Source of the DNA: an uncultured delta proteobacterium
Lineage (GTDB): Bacteria; Desulfobacterota; Binatia; Binatales; Binataceae
DNA length: 64,000 bases
NCBI GenBank assembly: GCA_963765675.1
Contig: CAVXXK010000001.1
Location: forward strand, 1,184,001-1,248,000
Direction: 5' to 3'
This document shows positions 1 to 10,324 of this stretch, one piece after another. The first letter of the stretch is position 1. Every line of letters starts with the position of its first letter. The position numbers and the translations under genes were made by a program. The notes below the pieces were generated by a model. It worked only from the letters and a program-made list of their open reading frames with translations, searched no databases and was not told where the DNA came from.

Positions 1-507
1 CTCGGCACCAACTTCGTCACGCGATGGAAACGATTGCGCGAGACGGTCGAAGCGATGCGCGCGCTGTGGACGCAGGCGGCGCCAAGCTATAAGGGCGAGC
101 TGGTCAGGTTTCCGGCGGTACGATGCGATCCGAAACCGATTCAGAAATCGGGACCGCCGATTCTGCTCGGCGCGCGAGGGGCCAAAGCGATGGAGCGCGT
201 GGTGCGCACCTACGACGGATGGGCGCCGATTGCCGGACGGCCTGCGGGACTCAAGCGCGACATCGATGCGCTCAAGAAGGTCGCCGCTGAGCGCGGGCGC
301 AATCCCGAAAGCATGCAGTTAAGCGCATTCGTCGGACCGGGCGAAGATGGGTTTTCATCGGATGATCTGAAGGCCTACCGCGACACCGGCGTCCATCGGC
401 TGGTGCTTTTCTCGCAGGGCGATGCGATCAAGATGGCGGCCGGCAAGACGCTCGAGATTGTGCACCGCCTCGCTGCGACGGTCGAGCGCGCCGCGAAATT
501 GAATTAG
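1..507 (+). CDS. LLM-class (luciferase-like, probably F420/flavin-dependent) oxidoreductase, 5' end outside window
   Basis: Frame is open from base 1 (LGTNFVTRWKRLRETVEAMRALWT). Family motifs PKPIQKSGPPILLG and YDGWAP. Confidence 0.8.
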   Translation, partial: LGTNFVTRWKRLRETVEAMRALWTQAAPSYKGELVRFPAVRCDPKPIQKSGPPILLGARGAKAMERVVRTYDGWAPIAGRPAGLKRDIDALKKVAAERGRNPESMQLSAFVGPGEDGFSSDDLKAYRDTGVHRLVLFSQGDAIKMAAGKTLEIVHRLAATVERAAKLN

Positions 508-786
508 CGAGGCTCAAACTGTAGCCGTCGCCATCTCCGGACTCGTCCACCCGTCCTTTTCGAACAACTTCACGAATTTCGCCCATTCTCCGACGGCCTT
601 CCGGAACTAATAGCAGCCGGGGACGTGGCTGCTCTTCACGATTGAACATGAAGTGCGAAGCATGCGGCATCCGACGTATCTGCGTCCGCTGGTGGATCGA
701 AACCCCTCGCAGAGCATCATCCAATACGCAGCCTGGGAAAATGCGCGCAATTGGGCGATGAGATCCAGCTGGGCGTCTGGAATGAA

Positions 787-1140
787 TCAGTCCGCGAGTG
801 GAATGAAAAGCGAGAGCCGCTCTTCGGCGCCGATCCCGCGCGAAGTGTGCCCCTTGCCGGTGACATCTTCCGCAAGCAGGACGGTTCCGGGTCCGAAGCG
901 GCGCGTCTCGCCATCGCTCGCGACGATCTCGACCGTGCCGGTCACGTTCACGACGAACTGGCGGCGCGGCGCGTTGTGCCAATCGATAAAATATTCCCCC
1001 GATTGCCGGAACATCACACCTTTCGCCGCGATCATGTCGGAGATGGTACCAGAGTTGGAAGGCGCCCGCTTCATGGCAACTTCGACGTCCTGGAAGTGAG
1101 ACTCTCCGTCACTGTCCGAGTAAATTCGTGTGTATTTCAT
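787..1140 (-). CDS. Cupin-domain protein
   Basis: MKYTRIYSDSDGESHF, DWHNAPRRQFVV and FGPGTVLLAEDVTGKGHTS are typical of a small cupin family. Confidence 0.8.
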   Translation of the reverse strand: MKYTRIYSDSDGESHFQDVEVAMKRAPSNSGTISDMIAAKGVMFRQSGEYFIDWHNAPRRQFVVNVTGTVEIVASDGETRRFGPGTVLLAEDVTGKGHTSRGIGAEERLSLFIPLAD

Positions 1141-1204
1141 GAGGTTCCCTTTTCGGATTTATAGCGCCGAGATCAAATCTGCCGATGAACGCCGTTTCGG
1201 TCGC

Positions 1205-2101
1205 TTAATCGCCGCGACTGGTTTGCGAGCCAATTAGTGTGCCGCCCTGCAGGCTTTGCGAATCGCGTAACATCCATTTTCCGCGTTCTACCGCGCCAAA
1301 AAATTTCTGAACTGCGCTATTGAAAGCGTCTGGTTCCTCAAGGTTTACCGCGTGACCTGTTTGCGGCACGATCCAGAGCCCCGCGCTCGGAATCGTTCGC
1401 TTCAGGAAGAGATTAGTGTCGAGGCACGGCTCGTCCTCGTCGCCAACTGCGAGCAGAATCGGCACGGTCATCGCGGCGAGCTGCTCTGAAAAGTCGTAAA
1501 GCGACGGGCGGAGCGCCTGGTAGTTGCGCAATGTGAGCGCCGAACCGATCGAGGAATGCTCGCTCAGATGCCGCATGAACTCTTCCCATCCCCGCGGATC
1601 CTTGTTGCGCAGTTGTATTCGTGTAGGTCCGAGACCCAGATCTCGAGCGGTGCGCGCGGAGCCATCTTTGAGAAAGCGCTCGGCGGTCGCATTGCATTGC
1701 CGTTTGAAAGTCTCGCGATGGGAATTCGGCGCGCCCGAACCGCATCCAGCGACAACCAGTGCGCTCGCCATCTGTGGATATCGCATCCCGAAATGCAGTG
1801 CGGCGAAAGAGCCCATGCTGAGGCCGATTAGGTGCGCCTTTTCGATCTTGAGATGCCGCAATACCGCCGCGATGTCGTCAGTCGCGTGATCCTGTCCGTA
1901 AAGCGAGTCATCTTCAGGAACATCCGACGGCGGATAGCCGCGGGCGTTGAAGGCGATGCATCGATACTCGCGCGAAAACCATCGTATCTGCGTTTCCCAT
2001 TCGCGCAGATCCGAGCCGAACTCGTGCGCGAAAATGATTGGATGGCCCGTACCTGTCTCCTCGTAGTACAGCTTTGCTCCCGACGATTGTGCGTATGGCA
2101 T
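1205..2101 (-). CDS. Alpha/beta-fold hydrolase
   Basis: Nucleophile elbow GLSMG, acid in GDED, His in GHAVNLEEP. Confidence 0.9.
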   Translation of the reverse strand: MPYAQSSGAKLYYEETGTGHPIIFAHEFGSDLREWETQIRWFSREYRCIAFNARGYPPSDVPEDDSLYGQDHATDDIAAVLRHLKIEKAHLIGLSMGSFAALHFGMRYPQMASALVVAGCGSGAPNSHRETFKRQCNATAERFLKDGSARTARDLGLGPTRIQLRNKDPRGWEEFMRHLSEHSSIGSALTLRNYQALRPSLYDFSEQLAAMTVPILLAVGDEDEPCLDTNLFLKRTIPSAGLWIVPQTGHAVNLEEPDAFNSAVQKFFGAVERGKWMLRDSQSLQGGTLIGSQTSRGD

Positions 2102-2266
2102 GAGATGATCTCCCGCAAAGAGAGAATTCCGGACTGAATGACTTTACATCCCGGGCCGACGATGTCCCCAGATGCTGGGCGTCGCCATGAGGACAGGCTA
2201 TCGCCGGGCGATCGAAACCAACAATGAATTCGCTTCGGATCAAGTCTTGAAGAAGCGCGATGTTGT

Positions 2267-3061
2267 CTACCTTCCCTTGAAGACTGGTTGGCGTTTCTCG
2301 AAGAAGGCCTTGCGGGCTTCCTTTGCGTCCTCGCTGCTGAAGGCGATGCGAATATTGGATAACTCATAGCGGAGTTGCTGTTCCATGTCGCTCGTCTCGA
2401 GAGATTTCACCATGCCCCGCTTGAGTAGTCGAAGCGTGATGGGCGACCAGTGGCAAAGTTCCGCGCAGTAGCGCGCCAAACGGTCGACGAATTGCGCGTC
2501 GTCAACGACTTCTCCGGCCATCCCGAGCGCGACCGCCTCTTCGCCCAGCACTGTCCGGTTCTCCATCATGAAACGCATCGCCTGCTCGTAGCCCATGGCT
2601 TGCGGCAGCGTGATCGTAAGGCCAGCGTCAGGTGAACCGCCAATTCTCGTATAGCCAGCCATGAGCTTCGCGCCGCGGCTGACCAGCCGTACGTCGGTCG
2701 CCATGGCGAGACCGAGTCCGGCCCCCACGGCTACTCCGTTGATGCCCCCGACGACAGGTTTGTCGCACCGTTTGCGGATCGTCAGGAGGAAATGTCCAAC
2801 CCAGGAAATGTCATCGAGCTGAGCCGACTGTGCCGACAGCGGCGAAAAGCGATCGCCACCGGACAAATCCAAGCCGGCGCAAAACGAGTCGCCGCTACCG
2901 GTAATCGCGATCACCCAGACGTCATCGGTCCGCGCGGCATCCTCAACCGCAGCGATCACGCCCCATGCGAGGGCATTGCTCAGCGCATTCTTTTTTTCCG
3001 GTCGATTAAGCGTGATGGTCCTGACATGGCCCGCATCGGCGATTTTTACGATGTCTGTCAT
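2267..3061 (-). CDS. Enoyl-CoA hydratase/isomerase (crotonase) family protein
   Basis: TLNRPEKKNALS, FCAGLDL, INGVAVGAG, AFFEKRQPVFKGR. Confidence 0.9.
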   Translation of the reverse strand: MTDIVKIADAGHVRTITLNRPEKKNALSNALAWGVIAAVEDAARTDDVWVIAITGSGDSFCAGLDLSGGDRFSPLSAQSAQLDDISWVGHFLLTIRKRCDKPVVGGINGVAVGAGLGLAMATDVRLVSRGAKLMAGYTRIGGSPDAGLTITLPQAMGYEQAMRFMMENRTVLGEEAVALGMAGEVVDDAQFVDRLARYCAELCHWSPITLRLLKRGMVKSLETSDMEQQLRYELSNIRIAFSSEDAKEARKAFFEKRQPVFKGR

Positions 3062-3133
3062 TTTGTTTACCTTCTGGGATTAAGGGTTTCGATCGCGGGC
3101 TACCATTCGTCATGCGTTAGCTTCGCGAGCTAC

Positions 3134-4471
3134 TTAGAAATAGATCGGATCGACGTACAACCCATGCTCCCGAGCGCCGGGCGGTTCGGCGATTCCGGGC
3201 GACCACATGTTGAACGGCTCGACTTCACGCGCGATCGAGCGAAGGATCTCCACTCCAGGCGATGAAGGCGAGGTGAAGATCGACAGCGTGTCCATGCCGC
3301 GTTGGTGAAGCCATCCACACCAGGCGCGCAGGAGGGCCTCGAACTCGCGTTCCGCTCCGGGTCTGAAGGCATAATCAAGTGCCAATCCGCGCAGAGATTC
3401 TGTTCGTACGCCATTTGTTTCTGACACGACCCGTAGCGATTCGCCAGCCGGCCAGACACCGACCATCGCGCCGTCAATCATCCATACTCTGTCCCATGAG
3501 TATAGTGCGGGGGCGCGTTCCAACCGCGCGCTCAGAGACTCGACGGTGTACGGCACGTACATCTCCTCGCGTCCGTGAAACGAGTTCAGCAACTTGACGA
3601 TCGCCGGCGCATCGGCAGGCGTTGCTATGCGTCCGGCCGCAGGGCCGGCGAGCATGGCGCATCCCAACTGAACTCGAAGTGCGAGGATGCTCCACTTGTT
3701 CGGCGTGTTGATAAAGCCGTGCTGCATGCCGGCGTTGTCGACTGAGATATAGGCGTTGGAGCCATCGACGGTGCTCCAGTATCTGTCAAGGATTCGATTC
3801 GCCGCGCCCCAGAGGCCTTTGCGCTGATGTTCGGGCAGGACGCGCAGATGCACGACCGTCACGATCGGGCGAATAACGCCGCCGATTCGCACTTGATGCC
3901 TGGTGCCGCAGCTAACCGCGGCGGGAATTCCATCGACCGAGGCGATTCCTATGGTGCAGTCCTCCATTAACCGGGCGAAGGCAAAATAATCCTGTCCCCG
4001 ATCGAAATGGACGCGGGTATCGCCAAGCACGATAGGGCATCGGCGCTCGATGTCCGCGAGGATCGGCGCGTCGGCCTCGGTTGCTTCGCGAACTTCCAGC
4101 TTGAACTCGAACTGCCGCTGCCAGTTGAGGAGCGAGATCCGATAGGGCGGGTTAGCTTCTACTTCGATCGATAGCCGCCACTTGCGGTTCTTGGCCGCGG
4201 TGATCAGCGCTTCGATCTTGAATTCGGATCGCGGCTCGACCGACAACTCCGATATTTTGCCGAGGCGGCCGGCGAAACCGCGCCAGCCCTCGCGTTCCCG
4301 ATCGTCGCTTTCGAAGGGACCCATACGTGGCGCGAACTCGGGGGTGTAGCGCTCTCGATCGGTCGCCGAAGCTCCCTCGCCCGCCGACAAAAGCATCCCG
4401 AGGTACCACTTCGCCTGGCGGCCAGCCTGAGAATCCGGAATATCGTTAAACAGCGCGGACGAGTTATCCAT
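3134..4471 (-). CDS. GNAT-family N-acyltransferase with an extra N-terminal domain (probable tandem GNAT fold)
   Basis: VREATEADAPILADIE, acetyl-CoA motif LRVLPEHQRKGL, second repeat RIATPADAPAIVKLL. Start taken at ATG 4471 (MDNSS). Confidence 0.7.
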   Translation of the reverse strand: MDNSSALFNDIPDSQAGRQAKWYLGMLLSAGEGASATDRERYTPEFAPRMGPFESDDREREGWRGFAGRLGKISELSVEPRSEFKIEALITAAKNRKWRLSIEVEANPPYRISLLNWQRQFEFKLEVREATEADAPILADIERRCPIVLGDTRVHFDRGQDYFAFARLMEDCTIGIASVDGIPAAVSCGTRHQVRIGGVIRPIVTVVHLRVLPEHQRKGLWGAANRILDRYWSTVDGSNAYISVDNAGMQHGFINTPNKWSILALRVQLGCAMLAGPAAGRIATPADAPAIVKLLNSFHGREEMYVPYTVESLSARLERAPALYSWDRVWMIDGAMVGVWPAGESLRVVSETNGVRTESLRGLALDYAFRPGAEREFEALLRAWCGWLHQRGMDTLSIFTSPSSPGVEILRSIAREVEPFNMWSPGIAEPPGAREHGLYVDPIYF

Positions 4472-4673
4472 TTCGGTCACCCCGCTCTCATTCGATTCCC
4501 AACTGCCACGGGAAAAAGGACCACTCAAGGGAAAGATCTTCTATTACCTTGGAGATCGGTTTGAATCCAGCGTGCCCAGCCGGCGTGTCGTAGGAGAGCA
4601 AAATCAGAAAGCCGGAGGCGCATTCCCCCGCTACCAGAATCGCTTTGCGAGCAGCCTCGTCTTCTTCCGATTA

Positions 4674-6263
4674 TCAGTTGTTTGACGGCGACTGGATCTT
4701 TTGCAGCACCTGATCGAGATTGAAGCTGCCGGGCTTGGAGCGTGGCGGAAATTCCTTGAAGCTTTCAAGGAACTGGCCGACGATAACCTGCGCGGGCACA
4801 AATGCCCACGCATTATCGACGCGCCAACGAGGATAGTCTTCGGATTCTTCGGCTCGCTCGAAAGGATCCATCCGCAGATTCAACAACATCGGCAGGCGGA
4901 GGGCGACATATGGTTCCTGCCAGACTTCCAACCCATGCGCGCGCTGTATCGAAAACAACATCTTCCAGTCGCCATATCGCAGCGCGGAGAGTGATCCGTC
5001 GTCGGTGAAGTAGAAGAACTCCTTGCGTCCGCTGGGGCCTTTTCCCTCCAACATCGGCAACTGATTATATCCATCGAGGTGTACCTTGTAGGTTTTTCCT
5101 CCGACCGAATAGCCGGTCAGCAGTTTCTCCTTAATGTCGGGTTGAGTGCAGGCAGCCATCAGTGTCGGAACCCAGTCCAGCAGCGAAATGATGTCGTTTG
5201 AGGTGGTGCCTGGCTTGATGTGTCCAGGCCACTTCACCATCATCGGGACCCGAAAGCCGCCTTCCCAAGTGGTGTTCTTCTCTCCGTGGAACGGCGTCAT
5301 CCCGCCGTCAGGCCAGAACAGGAGCTCGGCCCCATTATCAGTGGTATAGATGACGACGGTATTGTCCGAGATTCCCAGCTTGTGGAGTTCGGCAAGCAGT
5401 TGGCCTACCTGGCCATCATGCTCGACCATTCCGTCGGCGTAAACGCCGAGACCAGTCTTACCCTTCGACTCAGGCTTGAGGTGGGTCCAGATGTGCATGC
5501 GTGTGGTGTTGATCCAAACGAAGAACGGATTGCCAGCTTTGTTGGCGCGTTCCATGAAGTCGATGCCGCTTTTGAGAAACTCGTCGTCGGCGGTCTCCAT
5601 TCTTTTGCGGGTGAGCGGACCGGTGTCCTGGCATTTTTGCTTGCCCATCACGCCGAAGCGCGGATCGACAGTGGAATCAAACGAGTTCGTGGCGTAGCAA
5701 TGCAGCACTCCGCGCGGCCCGAATCGTTGCATGAATTTCGGATCTTTCGGGTATTGCTCCTGTTCAGGCTCTTCTTCGGCATTGAGGTGATATAGATTGC
5801 CGAAAAACTCGTCGAAGCCGTGGACGGTTGGAAGAAACTCATTGCGATCGCCGAGGTGGTTTTTTCCAAACTGACCAGTGGCGTAGCCGAGCGGCTTGAG
5901 CAATTCAGCAAGCGTCGGGTCCTTGTCGCTCAAACCCTCTTTCGCTCCCGGCAGCCCGACCTTGAGTAGCCCTGTCCGAAATGGACTCTGACCCGTGATA
6001 AACGCCGACCGTCCGGCTGTGCAACTATTCTCCGCGTATGCATCGGTAAATTTCATGCCATCGTTGGCTATACTGTCGATGTTGGGTGTCTTATATCCCA
6101 TCATCCCCTGGTTATAGGTACTGATGTTCCAATAGCCAATATCGTCACCCATGATGACGAGTATGTTAGGCCTCGCAACGTTCGATTGCGCCAGCGCCGT
6201 GCCATGGTTCAGCAGAAGTACCGCCATGAGAATCGGCAAGGCCGCTCTCGTTATTCGAAACAT
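4674..6263 (-). CDS. Secreted arylsulfatase-family protein (Cys-type, CxAxR motif)
   Basis: Signal peptide, PNILVIMGDDIG, SCTAGRSAFITG, GKNHLG, TTDNG, EGGFRVP. Start taken at ATG 6263. Confidence 0.93.
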   Translation of the reverse strand: MFRITRAALPILMAVLLLNHGTALAQSNVARPNILVIMGDDIGYWNISTYNQGMMGYKTPNIDSIANDGMKFTDAYAENSCTAGRSAFITGQSPFRTGLLKVGLPGAKEGLSDKDPTLAELLKPLGYATGQFGKNHLGDRNEFLPTVHGFDEFFGNLYHLNAEEEPEQEQYPKDPKFMQRFGPRGVLHCYATNSFDSTVDPRFGVMGKQKCQDTGPLTRKRMETADDEFLKSGIDFMERANKAGNPFFVWINTTRMHIWTHLKPESKGKTGLGVYADGMVEHDGQVGQLLAELHKLGISDNTVVIYTTDNGAELLFWPDGGMTPFHGEKNTTWEGGFRVPMMVKWPGHIKPGTTSNDIISLLDWVPTLMAACTQPDIKEKLLTGYSVGGKTYKVHLDGYNQLPMLEGKGPSGRKEFFYFTDDGSLSALRYGDWKMLFSIQRAHGLEVWQEPYVALRLPMLLNLRMDPFERAEESEDYPRWRVDNAWAFVPAQVIVGQFLESFKEFPPRSKPGSFNLDQVLQKIQSPSNN

Positions 6264-6347
6264 ATGTTCACCTCTGCGTGGCTTATCGCCCGAGCGCCGC
6301 ATATTGTGTCCACCGAATCGAGTTCGCCATAGCGATCGCACTTCAGA

Positions 6348-7685
6348 CTAGAATTTCCAGATTAGATTGAGAGCGACGAAGTTAAGATAATTCGTTGAGT
6401 AGTGCCCTTGCAGTGTTCCAGCGAGCGGTCCGCGGCTAGCACTGAAAGGGCCGGGGCCTGCGTCCATAAACTCCCAGGCGGCACCGGCGGTTACGTCATC
6501 GTTGATGTCATACTGGATGCCTGTGCCGTATCGCAGTTGACGATCTAAAGGTAGGACGGGAACGCGATTGGTCTTTGAGACAGGCGAGCTGTCATACGCA
6601 AATCCTGCCGACCACAGCCATTTTTCAGCGATCCTGAACTGTTGCCCGATCGCAATCTGGCATGTGTCCGAGAAATGCAGGTTAGCGGTGACGGTCCGTT
6701 GCCTGGCGGTAGAGATTCCGACTGGAAACTCCCCAAACGCAGACCAATTCTGCCATCCTACATTGCCCATTAAACTGAACCTGGGGGTGACGTCGTAGAC
6801 GGCGCTCGCCATTGCCTGCTGCGGCACCTCCATCGGAATGTTGATCTTTGCTCCGCCGATTTTCTTGCGAATGAACGTAAGCGCAGGCCCGAGATTTGTG
6901 AGGTGCGGCCGAAAACCGAACTTGTAATAGACCGGTGATTGATAGGTGAGTCCAATGCGGAGTTTGGCGATCGGCCTGAGCAGTACGCCGACGTTACCGC
7001 CGAATGCTTCATCCCATGATTCGAACGCCAGGCCGCCATCCTGTGCACGCGGAAGAATGTTATTAATCTTCGACTGAAACTTCAGCCGTGCGATCGACAA
7101 GCTGACACCTGCTCCTACGGAGAGCCAGTCGTTCACCTTGTAGGCTATCGACGGGTTGACAGTGCCAGAAACGATTGACTCGTAAGTCACGTAATAGCGT
7201 CCGACCCAGGTCTTGCCGTAGTTGCCGCTAAGGCCAAAATTTGAGTCGACCGCCACGCCGAGCCGGAACCGCTCGGAGAGTTTGTAGACATAGAAGAACG
7301 CTCCCAGCGGGGTAAACACGCCGGAATTTCCGCCGCCACCGCCCGAGGTTGTCGTTTGTGGAGCAACGTCGAAGTTAGTCGAGGGCAGTAGCGCGCCGGA
7401 CGCACCCAGCAGTTGTGAACGGTCGAGCAGAGTCATTCCGGCGGGATTGGCCGCCGCAGTCGAGGCGTCCGCCGCCATTGCAGCTCGGCCGGCGCTGGCG
7501 GTACCGAGATCAGGTGCGCCCGTTTCATACAGCGCCATACCTGCGCCTTGCGCGGACGTAACCCACGCCAGCAAAACGGCTGTTACGAGAAAGATAGTCT
7601 TATGGATCTTACGCGATGTTGCTTGCAGGTGCGTCGACGATTTAGTTTTCCCAACAACACACCGCATTAGAGATTTCATTTTCAA
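6348..7685 (-). CDS. Outer-membrane transport protein, FadL/OmpP1/TodX family
   Basis: ASAGRAAMAADASTAAANPAGM hatch (NPA) motif, amphipathic strands, C-terminal Phe. Confidence 0.9.
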   Translation of the reverse strand: MKMKSLMRCVVGKTKSSTHLQATSRKIHKTIFLVTAVLLAWVTSAQGAGMALYETGAPDLGTASAGRAAMAADASTAAANPAGMTLLDRSQLLGASGALLPSTNFDVAPQTTTSGGGGGNSGVFTPLGAFFYVYKLSERFRLGVAVDSNFGLSGNYGKTWVGRYYVTYESIVSGTVNPSIAYKVNDWLSVGAGVSLSIARLKFQSKINNILPRAQDGGLAFESWDEAFGGNVGVLLRPIAKLRIGLTYQSPVYYKFGFRPHLTNLGPALTFIRKKIGGAKINIPMEVPQQAMASAVYDVTPRFSLMGNVGWQNWSAFGEFPVGISTARQRTVTANLHFSDTCQIAIGQQFRIAEKWLWSAGFAYDSSPVSKTNRVPVLPLDRQLRYGTGIQYDINDDVTAGAAWEFMDAGPGPFSASRGPLAGTLQGHYSTNYLNFVALNLIWKF

Positions 7686-7743
7686 ATCGCCTCACTCTGG
7701 CCCGATCTATCGAGCGATCGTCTGGATGCGCAAATCGTTGCCA

Positions 7744-8610
7744 TCAGAGCTGCAAATCAGGGAAGAGCAGCGTCAAACCGAACCTGACGGTGTACATCGG
7801 GGTGATGTTTGTATTCTGCCTATAGGTCGTCCACTCTCCGGATACCCACGGATCGAACTTCAGGCCAGAAACCTTCCAGACGCGGCCAATGCCGAAACTT
7901 ATTGGGATCGTGGTCGAACCGCCGTGGCGCCAATTGACTGTCCACGTCGAGTCGGAAGATTTGACGTACCAGCCATGACCGAGAGTGTACGAAATCCTCG
8001 GTTGAAATTGCATTTGGCTTTGGGGCGTCGCCGAAGAGTTCGTGTACCCAATCGATATGGGATTCTGGAAAATAAAACCGATCATCAAACGCGGGATTCC
8101 GCGATATGCCGCAGCGGCCGCAGGTCCCGCTTGCCAGGCATGACTTCCCGCAGCGGAAACTCTCCCCGTCGGTAATACAAAGGTCGGCCCAACGCCCCAG
8201 CCAAATCCGGTTTTTTTCGGATCAGGCCAGTTAGAGACGAATAGATCAAAAAGCTCCATATCCTGGTACTCGGTTATCGTCGAACTGCTGGATGAGGTCG
8301 CGATCTGTGAAACTTTAAAGGTTGGGCGGATGATCTGCTGAAATGGGAACTCGGAAAATGCTTGTATCGGCACAATCGGGCGAAGCTGAATTGTGTTCGT
8401 CTGCGCGGACGTTTGAAAATTTCTGGGAGTATACAGATCCTGAAACTGGAGCTGGGCAAGAATCGCGGTCGGGTCTTCTATCTCCGTGGCGAGATGATCC
8501 TCTTCAGTCTCAGCGCCCGCCGAATTGAGTGTTATGGTATGATCACGGATACCACAGGTAAGCACAATTGTCAGAGTAAGTGCGCATGACGCGATCGTCC
8601 AAGGTTTCAT
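7744..8610 (-). CDS. Exported putative beta-barrel protein (family often auto-annotated 'neuromedin U', found near sulfatases)
   Basis: Signal peptide, GWGVGPTFVLPT, WQAGPAAA, TVNW..TIPISFGIGRV, alternating hydrophobic strands. Confidence 0.6.
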   Translation of the reverse strand: MKPWTIASCALTLTIVLTCGIRDHTITLNSAGAETEEDHLATEIEDPTAILAQLQFQDLYTPRNFQTSAQTNTIQLRPIVPIQAFSEFPFQQIIRPTFKVSQIATSSSSSTITEYQDMELFDLFVSNWPDPKKTGFGWGVGPTFVLPTGRVSAAGSHAWQAGPAAAAAYRGIPRLMIGFIFQNPISIGYTNSSATPQSQMQFQPRISYTLGHGWYVKSSDSTWTVNWRHGGSTTIPISFGIGRVWKVSGLKFDPWVSGEWTTYRQNTNITPMYTVRFGLTLLFPDLQL

Positions 8611-8619
8611 CGCTTCACA

Positions 8620-9063
8620 CTAGTCTTCTAATAGAGTTCCCTTGATCAGCATCGGAATGACAGGGGTAATGGCAGACTGCAGGTTCCACTTCTGGCCGAA
8701 CGCTTCGGGATGAACCGGCATGTACTGGCCTTGAACCTGAAACTTCACAGGAAGCGGGCCAATCTTGATTATTTTGCCGACATTCAGGCCGATAGGAAAC
8801 GTGACTTCGTTGCCGCTCTTGTTGGCGTTCCAGTTGACAAGCATGTTCGGTGAAGTGCCTATCCCCCATCCATCGCCAGGGAGGTAAACGAAGAAATATT
8901 GAAGGTTCATTTGGCTGACGGTCTGCGAGCCTGGTCCTCCGACTGAAAACCACTGCTGAATAAAGACCCCTGCTAGCGATTTATCACCGAGGTAGCCAAA
9001 CACCCGGCGGGTCCAAGCTGCTATTTCTTTTGACCCAGTCTTGAGCAAATCGGTTTTTCACGA
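8620..9063 (-). pseudogene. Truncated, frameshifted paralog of the 7744-8610 family
   Basis: Only the C-terminal half remains. An alternative frame reads RLGQKK*QLGPAG (TAG at 9021-9023), then a 1-nt shift leads into VFGYLGDK. Confidence 0.65.
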
Positions 9064-9124
9064 GTCTCCGTTTAGGTTCGCTGCTAGAGCATGCCACCTC
9101 ACTGATACGCGGCGCTGGAGGATT

Positions 9125-9886
9125 TCATTGCGACATGAGCACCTTGCCAGTAGTGCTATCTATGTTGAACAGCCAGAAAGCCGTTACATCCTCCTCGAGG
9201 ATCATCGCGACCATGCCAACGCCGGGTGCAAAAAAGTTGTAGCCTGTGTTATGAGTATGAGCCGGGCCGACTTTGCCCTCGCACTTGACACGGAACAGGG
9301 CCGACTGAAAAGTGCCAGCTGGCACCGTTACCTGGTAAGTCCCGACGTAGGTGTAGGTACCGTTGATGTATCCTGAGTATCTCTGGTCGCTCGGGTCATC
9401 CAGATAATTCACCGAGACCTGCTGCGAGTAGGCCCGCGTCTCTCCCGGTTGCATGCCCTTGGGCAGGAACGGATTCGCAGGCGTGGTGATAACCACCACG
9501 CCTTCGCCCGAGTCGGTGACGGCAGCCATTATAATGTCGCCTTCTTTCGTTTCGCGCATGAAGCTGTTGAGTGTGGGCGAAAGCTGAAACCGCCAGGCCA
9601 TCCTGCCGCCCGGGCGCCTGGTCTTCGCAAGTGCAAGTGCCTGTATGTTCCCAGCGTTGGGCCCCGCAACCACTTGGTAGTTTCGCGTCTTATCTTGGAG
9701 TGGGAAGTAAACGGAGGGGTCCGCGATAGGCTCGCTCGGCAATGCGGCGCCTACCACATTCTGACCAAGCTGAGTGATGATGTTCTGCTGATCCTCCTGT
9801 GGCAGCGGGAGCACAACGCCGTGGCCACGGGCGGATCCTGACACAAGCAATAACAAGCCAAGCGTTATGGTTACGACTGTTCGCAT
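9125..9886 (-). CDS. Exported hypothetical protein (DUF3108/TapB-like C-terminal beta motif)
   Basis: Signal peptide, VTVPAGTF...FFAPGVGMV motif, SD (GGAAGGA) upstream. Confidence 0.65.
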   Translation of the reverse strand: MRTVVTITLGLLLLVSGSARGHGVVLPLPQEDQQNIITQLGQNVVGAALPSEPIADPSVYFPLQDKTRNYQVVAGPNAGNIQALALAKTRRPGGRMAWRFQLSPTLNSFMRETKEGDIIMAAVTDSGEGVVVITTPANPFLPKGMQPGETRAYSQQVSVNYLDDPSDQRYSGYINGTYTYVGTYQVTVPAGTFQSALFRVKCEGKVGPAHTHNTGYNFFAPGVGMVAMILEEDVTAFWLFNIDSTTGKVLMSQ

Positions 9887-10009
9887 AATTATTCCTTCCG
9901 TCGATTTTCAGGCGTCCGGCAGGCACGGTACTCTGTTGCGGCACCCCAATGGTCCTTGAACCGATCGCGGACCATCGGTTGAGGATCACAGAAATAATGT
10001 TTCTGCTAC

Positions 10010-10324
10010 TTAGTTGCCAATTGTCTGACTCTGGACAAAGACGCTGCCCTTCGGCCCGATTCGAACGCACTCGCCCTGGCCAGTGTAATCGGGGCTGCAC
10101 ACCGGTTTGTCAGCCGCCGGACACTTATAGAGCCCCGCGCCGAGCTGCTGGCATTTGCTCAGATCGAAATGCAACTCGGTTTGTGCCAGGGCAGCTTGCT
10201 GGGACGCCGGCTGAGGCTCGGACGAAGAGCAACCGCAGAGTAGCAGAAGCCCCAGCACTGCGAAGGCTATAGCTATTCGCTTCGCCGTGTGTTCCACCCT
10301 AGTTCCTGTATTTGAGTCCGTCAT
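10010..10324 (-). CDS. Small Cys-rich lipoprotein
   Basis: SD AAGGAAGGA before ATG 10324, lipobox LLCGC, four further Cys in the mature part. Confidence 0.65.
   Translation of the reverse strand: MTDSNTGTRVEHTAKRIAIAFAVLGLLLLCGCSSSEPQPASQQAALAQTELHFDLSKCQQLGAGLYKCPAADKPVCSPDYTGQGECVRIGPKGSVFVQSQTIGN

Noticed and set aside
648-761. Small ORF starting MKCEACG
   Set aside because: 37 codons, no SD and no recognisable family, so it cannot be told from chance.
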